From contig OY970312.1 of the NCBI GenBank assembly GCA_963716435.1, positions 985,576-1,049,575 on the forward strand: a stretch of 64,000 bases of DNA, in the 5' to 3' direction. Shown here in pieces: positions 57,980 to 64,000 of the stretch; the stretch's first letter is position 1; every line of letters begins with the position of its first letter. This DNA is from an uncultured Thermoleophilia bacterium (GTDB lineage: Bacteria; Actinomycetota; Thermoleophilia; Gaiellales; Gaiellaceae). Under the pieces are notes generated by a model, which saw nothing but the letters and a program-made list of their open reading frames with translations, was not told the origin of the DNA and searched no databases. Both the position numbers and the translations under genes were made by a program.

Positions 57980-58012
57980 CACTTGACCCATAAATGGGTC
58001 GAGTGCTAGAGT
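57980..58012 (+). promoter_or_regulatory. Inverted repeat plus promoter upstream of the relaxase (candidate operator or oriT-proximal site)
   Basis: CACTTGACCCAT-AA-ATGGGTCGAGTG, a 12-bp inverted repeat with one G-T pair (57980-58005). It embeds TTGACC (57983-57988), an 18-nt spacer and TAGAGT (58007-58012). GTG start at 58019. Confidence 0.45.
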
Positions 58013-58018
58013 GGCGTC

Positions 58019-60979
58019 GTGCTGAGCGTCGCGAAGCTGACGCCGGGCCAGGAGGGCTACTACGAGCGCTCCGTCGCCGCGGGGCTCGACGACTACTACG
58101 CGGGCCGCGGCGAGTCGCCCGGCGTCTGGACCGGCCGCGGCGCCGCCGCGCTCGAGCTCGAGGGCGTCGTCGAGGAGGGCGAGCTCGGCGCGGCTGATCC
58201 GCGGCGACCACCCGCAGACCGGCGAGCGAGCTGCGGCGCCGGCACCCGAAGGCGCGGACGATCACGATCGAGCGGATCGACCCGCTCGACCGGCGAGCGG
58301 CGCCTCGAGGACGAAGACGCTCGCGCCGGTCGCCGGCTTCGACCTCGTCTTCTCGCCGCCGAAGAGCGTCAGCCTGCTGCACGCGCTCGGCGACGAGGAG
58401 ACCCGCCGCGCCGTCAACGAGGCGCACCTGGCCGCCTGGCAGGCGGCGCTCGCCTACCTCGAGGACGAGGCCTGCGTCGTCCGCCGCGGCACGCAACGGC
58501 GTCGCGCGCGAGCACGCCGCCGGGCTTCGTCGCGGCCGCCTACCAGCACCGCACCAGTCGCGGGCGCAGGACCCGCACCTGCACACGCACGTGATCGTCG
58601 CGAACATGGCCCGCCGCCCGAGCGACGGCAAGTGGCGCGCGCTCGACGGCGAGGCGATCCTCAAGACGCTACCGGCTCGCCGCCGGCTACCTCTACCAGG
58701 CGCACCTGCGCGCCGAGCTCTCCCGCTCGCTCGGCGTCGAGTGGGAGACGCCGCGCAAGGGCATGGCCGAGCTCGAGCGACGTGCCGCGCGGCGGTGATC
58801 GCGCGAGTTCTCGACGCCGGCGCGCGCAGGTCGTCGAGCACATGAACGAGCACGGCGACCGGCGGGCTTCTACGCCGCCCAGGTCGCCGCCCTCGAGACC
58901 CGCGAGCGCAAGGAGCACGTCGACCTCGCCGCGCTGCGCGAGGACTGGCGCGCCCGCGCCGCCGAGCACGGCCTCGGCGAGCGCGAGCTCGACGCGCCGT
59001 GCTCGGCCGCGTCGCCAGCCGCGAGCTCGACGTCGCGACGAGCTGCTCGAGATCGCCGCGCGGCTGCTCGGCCCCGACGGGCTGACCGAGAAGCAGCACG
59101 GCGTTCTCCGACCCCGACGCTCGTGATGGCCTGGGCCAGGCGCACGCCCAGGGCGCGCCCGGCCGAGCGCGTCCGCCGGCTCGCCGCCCGGCTCACTCGG
59201 CACCGACGGCGTCGAGCCGGTCGGCGAGGCGCCGCAGCCCGGGCCGGCCGGCCCGCTACTCGACCGCGCGAGCTGATCGCCGCCGAGCGCGCCGCGCTCG
59301 CGCTCGTCGAGCGCGGCCGCGACGCCGACGCGCCGTCGATCCGCGACGCGAGCGCGTCGCCGAGATCGAGCGCGCCGACCGATCGCGCTCTCCGCCGAGC
59401 AGGAGGCGATGCTGCGCGCGGTCGCCACGAGCCCGGACCGCGTCGTCTGCGTCGTCGGCCTCGCCGGCGCCGGCAAGACGACCGCCACCCGCGCCGTCGC
59501 CGAGCGTCTTCGCGCAGGCCGGCATCCCGGTGCTCGGCGCCGCGCCCTCCGGCGTCGCCGCCGAGAAGCTCCAGGACGAGACCGGCATCCCGTCGACCAC
59601 GCTCCACCGGCTGCTCGACGACGCGCGCGCCGGACGGGCTGCCTCCGGCTCGTGCTCGTCGTCGACGAGGCCGGGCATGGCCGAGACGCGCATCCTCGCG
59701 CCCGTGCTCGAGCTGGTCGAGCAGGCGGGCGGCAAGGCGATCCTGATCGGCGACCCGCACCAGCTCCCCGCCGTCGGCGCCGGCGGCCTCTTCGCCGGCA
59801 TCGTCGAGCGCCACGGCGCCGTCGAGCTGACCGAGAACCGCCGCCAGCACGACGAGCTCGAGCGCGACGCGCTCGCGCGCGTCCGCGCCGGCGTCGGCCG
59901 CGACTACCTCGCCTACGCCGAGAAGCGCGAGCGGCTCGTCGTCTCCGAGAGCCCCGTCACGACGCGAGACGCGCCTGCTCGCCGACTGGTGGGAGCACGC
60001 CCGCGACGACCTCCCCGGCAACGTCATGATCGCGCTCCGCCGCCGCGACGTCGCCGAGCTCAACGCGCTCGCCCGCGCGCTCATGGACACCGACGGCCGC
60101 CTCGGCCAGCGAGCGCCTCACCGTCGCGGACGCGCGAGTTCGCCGCCGGCGACCGCGTCGTCTGCCTCCGCAACTCCGACGCGCCTCGGCGTCAAGAACG
60201 GCACCCGCGGCACCGTCGAACACGTCGACCGCGAGCAGCGCACGCTCACCGTCGCGACCGACCGCGGCGACCGACGTCGAGCTCAGCCGCCCGCTACCTC
60301 GAGGCCGGCAACGTCCGCCACGCCTACGCGCTCACCGGCCACGCCGCCCAGGGCCTCACCGTCGAGCGCGCCTTCGTCCTCGGCGCCGGCGAGGCACGCC
60401 TGCAGGAGTGGGGCTACGTCGCCCTCTCCCGCGCCCGCACCGAGACCCGCCTCTACGTCACCGGCGACGCCGCGCGAGCACGAGAGCCACTTCCACGACC
60501 TCGACGACCGCGACCCGCTCACCCGCCTCGGCCGGCACTCGAGGAGTCGGCGATCGAGCGAGCTCGCCGTCGACCAGCGCCCGCTCCCGTCCGGGCCGCG
60601 GCACGACGCGCGTGCCGAGATCGAGCGCACGCGACTCAACGAGCTCGACCGAACGCGGCTCAGGCTGCTCGAGCAGCAGCGGCTCGCGATGCTGAAGGTA
60701 CGAGATTCCGCCGAACGGAAACTGGGCGAAGCCGAAGTGAAGCTCCACCGGCTTCCGCGACTCGTCCGCGGCCGGCAGCGAGACAAGCTGCGTGCCGAGA
60801 TCGCCCGCGAGCGAAACGCAGTCTGGATCGCCGACAAGAAGCTCGCTCAACTCGCCCCCCATGCGGGCGTGGGCGTTTCCGCGAGCATCGAACTCGCCGG
60901 CAATGCCCGTCGTAGCGGATGCAGGCAGCAAGATCTACGGACTCTTCGCCGCGGGAACCATCTCGAGCCGGGCCTCTGA
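58019..60979 (+). pseudogene. MobF/TrwC-type conjugative relaxase with C-terminal RecD-like helicase, at least 6 frameshifts
   Basis: VLSVAKLTPGQEGYYERSVAAGLDDYYAG (TrwC N-terminus). FDLVFSPPKSVSLL. YQHRTSR..DPHLHTHVIVAN. Walker A GLAGAGKTT. VVDEAGMA. LIGDPHQLPAVGAGG. HAYALTGHAAQGLTVE. These are scattered over all three frames. Confidence 0.8.
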
Positions 60980-61166
60980 GCTGGCGGTGCGGAGGGGCGC
61001 GTCCCGGGGTATTGCGTCGTGGTGTCTGCGCCGGTATCGTGCTCGCCTCGATGCAAGAGCTATGCAACCCGATCGCCGACGCCGGAGCCCCCGGCGTCAT
61101 CCGCTTCCCCCACGCCGGGAGGTCGCCGCGGTAGTCACCGTGATGCCGACTTGACCGATCGACGTG

Positions 61167-61194
61167 GGCGACCCCAAAGGGGGGTCGCCTTTTT
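61167..61194 (+). terminator. Canonical intrinsic terminator
   Basis: GGCGACCCC (61167-61175), loop AAAGG, GGGGTCGCC (61181-61189), then TTTTT (61190-61194). Confidence 0.7.
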
Positions 61195-61230
61195 CGTTCC
61201 CGGCGCCGAGCGCCGGCTGGAAAGAACCCC

Positions 61231-62337
61231 ATGACCATGGACACGACAACCGATTCCGCCCGTCCCGCAGCCACGGCGTGGCCGCGCGTGCCCGTGACCG
61301 ACGACCTCGATGTCGACGCGATCGCGTATCTCGAGTTCTCGGCGCGTGTCCTTGCCGAGGGCATCGCCCACACGGACATGCGGCGCTGGCCGACGACGAC
61401 GGCGACGCTCGAGGCCGTGCTGCCGCACGCGATCGTGACCGCCCGCTGGCGCGAGCACGAGACGGCCCTCCTCGAGCTCGACGGGACCTTCGGGTCCGAC
61501 TGCATCGCGTACGTCTGGGTGGGAGACGGCGGTGTGCTCGTGCGGGTCGCGGCCCGTGACCTCCCCGTGGTGGAGCAGGCCGAGCGCTGGCTTCGCGAGC
61601 AGTTCCCGGAACGCGGGGCGACGGACGACAGGACCGTCCCGGTCTCGTTCTGGTCCCTATCCGGGCCGCGCGGCTACGCGATCTCGCGCAACGTCGCCGT
61701 CGCGCCGTGGAGCGACATCCGGGTGAACTACCCGGCCGGCGTCCACGCGGCCCTCGACGAGCTGGTCGGCATGTCCTTCGAGGCGAGCGACGGAGGCAAG
61801 CTCGTGCTCTGGCACGGCGAGCCCGGCACCGGTAAGACGCACGCTCTCCGGGCGCTGGCATGGGAGTGGCGCTCGTGGTGCGAGCTCCACTACGTCACGG
61901 ACCCCGAGCAACTCTTCGGCGGTCGCGCCAGCTACCTCATGGACGTCCTGCTGAGCGAGCCCGACGACGCAGAAAAATGGCGGTTGCTCGTGCTCGAGGA
62001 CACGGGCGAACTCCTCGCCGCTGACGCGAAGGAGCGCACGGGCCAAGGCCTTTCCCGGCTGCTGAACGTCGTCGATGGAATCATTGGCCAGGGCCTCCGG
62101 CTCCTCCTGCTCGTCACCACCAACGAGCCGCTAACGCGTCTCCACCCCGCGGTCGCGCGGCCAGGGCGCTGCGCGGCCAAGATCGAATTCCTGCCGTTCG
62201 GGCCGGGCGAAGCCGGTGCGTGGCTTGCCGAGCACGGCGGCGCCGAGGTGGAGGGCGGTGGAACGCTCGCAACGCTCTACGCCCGCGCTGAGGGCCGGCA
62301 CGCCGTGACTCGCGTGAAGGTCGGGTTCGGAGCATAG
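61231..62337 (+). CDS. AAA+ ATPase with an uncharacterised N-terminal domain
   Basis: Walker A GEPGTGKTH. Walker B RLLVLEDTGE. Sensor/Arg-finger region VTTNEP ... HPAVARPGRC. The N-terminal ~190 aa are not recognised. Confidence 0.8.
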   Translation: MTMDTTTDSARPAATAWPRVPVTDDLDVDAIAYLEFSARVLAEGIAHTDMRRWPTTTATLEAVLPHAIVTARWREHETALLELDGTFGSDCIAYVWVGDGGVLVRVAARDLPVVEQAERWLREQFPERGATDDRTVPVSFWSLSGPRGYAISRNVAVAPWSDIRVNYPAGVHAALDELVGMSFEASDGGKLVLWHGEPGTGKTHALRALAWEWRSWCELHYVTDPEQLFGGRASYLMDVLLSEPDDAEKWRLLVLEDTGELLAADAKERTGQGLSRLLNVVDGIIGQGLRLLLLVTTNEPLTRLHPAVARPGRCAAKIEFLPFGPGEAGAWLAEHGGAEVEGGGTLATLYARAEGRHAVTRVKVGFGA

Positions 62338-62647
62338 AAATGCCTCTCACCAAGAGGCCGTTCTCCCTGCGCCGCGGTCCCCCATTGATTTCGGCGTGTC
62401 GCCGCCAGCGCCACGCTGCGCGGGTCAGGCCAGACGGAGGGGGTGCCGCATCAGCAGCGTGGCGTAGCGGTCGTCGGTCGCGCACGATCGAGCCGGCCTG
62501 CTGGTAGAGCTCGGTGAGCGCCCATGTCCGCAATATCTCGTCCGGCTCATCGGGCGCGCCCCCAGCCGAGGATCGAGATCCGGGTGCTACCGATGATCGC
62601 GTGCAGGTTCGCGGCCCGTTGACCACGGTGATCGCGTGGGGCGATGC

Positions 62648-64000
62648 TCACATATAAAAGCCGTACCGAGGTTCGATGTGCGCGTCGTCGTCGAGCCACT
62701 TGAGGATGTCGCCGACTTGGCGTGCTGCACGGATGGTGATCGGCTCACGCCCGTCGAACTGGGTGTTATTCCAGTTGAGCTTTGTGAGCGCGAGGAGCTC
62801 CTCGGCGAGGAAGCGCGGCGTCTCGACGGTCTTGTCGCAGCGGAAGCCGAGCGGGAGGGGTACGTACGCGCCGGGGTAGGTCTCGAAGAACTCGACGCTG
62901 CCACGCGTGTACAGCACATGTGTGTTGTCGTCGAGGCTGAGGAAGGTGCCGCGTAGTGGCGGGTAGGAGCCGCGGCGGAACAGGCGGGTGAGCGAGCCGA
63001 AGACGCTGACGAAATCGGCGGTGGACACGCGCTCCGAGTTGAGGGCGGCGGTCATGCCGTCGAGTTCCGCCTCGGAGAACTTCGAGGTCTTGTGGACGAC
63101 GACGCGCGCCGGAAGCGTGTGGTGCTCCCGCCGGTAGGTCTGGAGTGCCTGAACGAGGAGGTCTTGTGCGCTCTCCGCGCTCAGATGTGGCTGCCGGTCG
63201 TCCTTCGAGATCTGGGCCCCACCGCCACGGACGACGACTCCCTGCCCCAGCTCGTTGAACACCTGCGCGACACTCGTTCGAAGGTTCTCGTCGTTGGGCG
63301 ACCGGAAGAAGGAGACGCCGACGAAGCACGAGGTGACCGCGTGCGGGTCGCGGGCAAGCCGCCAAAGCGTGCCGCCGGACTTGTAGTAGAGGGCGGTGAA
63401 GAAGTTCCATGCGCGCGTCGCTTCGTCCTGAAGCTGACGGCCGCCGCCGCGTCGGCGGCCGCCCCATGTGGGCGGCTTTACGATCTGGATCGGCACGCCG
63501 ATCTCCATCGCCTGCGCTTTCAGGAGCTGGCGGAAGTCGACCCGCTTCCAGCGGGCCTCAGCCGCGGGCGCCGCTTCCTCGTCTTCTTCAGCGGCTGCAG
63601 GGGCGGTGGGGGGCTCGCCGCTGACGTTGAGAAGGCTCTGCGGGAGCGCGCAGACGATCACGTCGACGCGGCCGCGCTCGGCGATGTGGCGCAGCTCGTC
63701 GAGGAAGAGCTCGACGGAGGCTACGGTGGCCGCGTGCTTCGTTTTGCCGCTCAGTTCGGCGAACGCGTCGTTCGCGATCGTCCGCTCGGTGCGCGCATCG
63801 AAGACGAGCCTTGCTGCCAAGGACGAGTCCGCGCTGAGGCCGGGAAACGGCGGCGCGGTATGCGGATGCCCAACGAGCGGTGCCTCCACGCCCTCCGCGG
63901 CTCTTTCGAGCCAGCCGCGTACGCCCTCGACCGTCTCGGGGGTGCCGACGATGCCGACACGGATCGAGCGCGGCTCAGCCACGTCCTTCAGTTCGAGCGG
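62648..64000 (-). CDS. Short prokaryotic Argonaute (MID-PIWI), predicted catalytically inactive. 5' end truncated by the window edge.
   Basis: PIWI C-terminus LTKLNWNNTQFDGREPITIRAARQVGDILKWL ... PRYGFYM. VVVHKTSKFSEAELDGM where active Agos have RDG. MID-like DFRQLLKAQAMEIGVPIQIV. The frame stays open from 63982 to 64000. Confidence 0.8.
   Translation of the reverse strand, partial: PLELKDVAEPRSIRVGIVGTPETVEGVRGWLERAAEGVEAPLVGHPHTAPPFPGLSADSSLAARLVFDARTERTIANDAFAELSGKTKHAATVASVELFLDELRHIAERGRVDVIVCALPQSLLNVSGEPPTAPAAAEEDEEAAPAAEARWKRVDFRQLLKAQAMEIGVPIQIVKPPTWGGRRRGGGRQLQDEATRAWNFFTALYYKSGGTLWRLARDPHAVTSCFVGVSFFRSPNDENLRTSVAQVFNELGQGVVVRGGGAQISKDDRQPHLSAESAQDLLVQALQTYRREHHTLPARVVVHKTSKFSEAELDGMTAALNSERVSTADFVSVFGSLTRLFRRGSYPPLRGTFLSLDDNTHVLYTRGSVEFFETYPGAYVPLPLGFRCDKTVETPRFLAEELLALTKLNWNNTQFDGREPITIRAARQVGDILKWLDDDAHIEPRYGFYM

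Larger units (their letters stand above)
35830..64000. mobile_element. Integrated mobile element (ICE/IME remnant) inserted in tRNA-Ser(CGA). The right end lies outside the window.
   Basis: tRNA 3' half-copy at the left edge. Cargo of R-M, nuclease, HEPN and Argonaute genes. AlpA-like excisionase. DUF932-ParB-MobF relaxase module. Locally lower GC (for example 38401-38460 is about 50% GC). No integrase is present in the window. Confidence 0.7.

Noticed and set aside
40365-60979. Explaining all island frameshifts as sequencing or assembly error.
   Set aside because: 35.8 kb of adjacent core genes and several long island ORFs (up to 4.6 kb) are error-free, so a general error process is unlikely. 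A region-specific artefact (low coverage, mixed population) cannot be excluded without reads, so this is kept as a caveat rather than fully dismissed.
35893-64000. Search for an integrase/recombinase, transposase, T4SS/FtsK-type translocase, or a second copy of the tRNA-Ser core inside the window.
   Set aside because: None of the ORFs shows tyrosine- or serine-recombinase or DDE motifs, and I found no repeat of the att core by eye. These parts are most likely beyond 64000 or lost.

Overview
High-GC (roughly 70%) actinobacterial-type chromosome segment; the composition suggests a Thermoleophilia or Rubrobacteria-like organism, but that is only inference. The window has two parts. (1) 1-35.8 kb is core chromosome. 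It holds an SRP RNA, tRNA-Val(CAC), secreted and envelope proteins (a DNRLRE-domain protein flanked by two paralogous membrane-anchored proteins), uppP, a membrane-anchored cytochrome c and tRNA-Ser(GGA). It also holds a large cell-envelope glycan/EPS cluster at 8.2-27.1 kb and 29.9-35.4 kb, with two Wzy/WaaL-like proteins, several glycosyltransferases, a flippase, WecB, AsnB, a TagA-like enzyme and a priming sugar transferase. An Rpf-like transglycosylase, a 7-repeat secreted protein and a 945-aa RTX-type calcium-binding protein are also present. No frameshifts were seen in this part. (2) At 35.83 kb a 3' half-copy of tRNA-Ser(CGA) marks the edge of an integrated mobile element that runs to the window end (at least 28 kb). 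No integrase is visible, and the intact tRNA is presumably beyond 64 kb. The element is a mosaic. Its type III-like R-M genes (res, mod) and its transfer module (DUF932, ParB-like, MobF/TrwC relaxase) are riddled with frameshifts. Interleaved defence-like cargo is intact or nearly so. This cargo comprises a PD-(D/E)xK-like protein (one frameshift near its 3' end), an operonic zinc-ribbon/HEPN plus DUF5677/AbiV-like pair, a 1551-aa sacsin-like GHKL ATPase with a C-terminal DUF3883 nuclease-like domain, an AAA+ ATPase, and a catalytically dead short prokaryotic Argonaute (MID-PIWI) cut by the window edge. The most promising candidates for a poorly described system are the giant GHKL-DUF3883 protein, the HEPN/DUF5677 pair (possibly linked, echoing the sacsin HATPase-HEPN association) and the short pAgo, whose partner gene lies outside the window. 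All family assignments come from motif reading only; no database search was possible.
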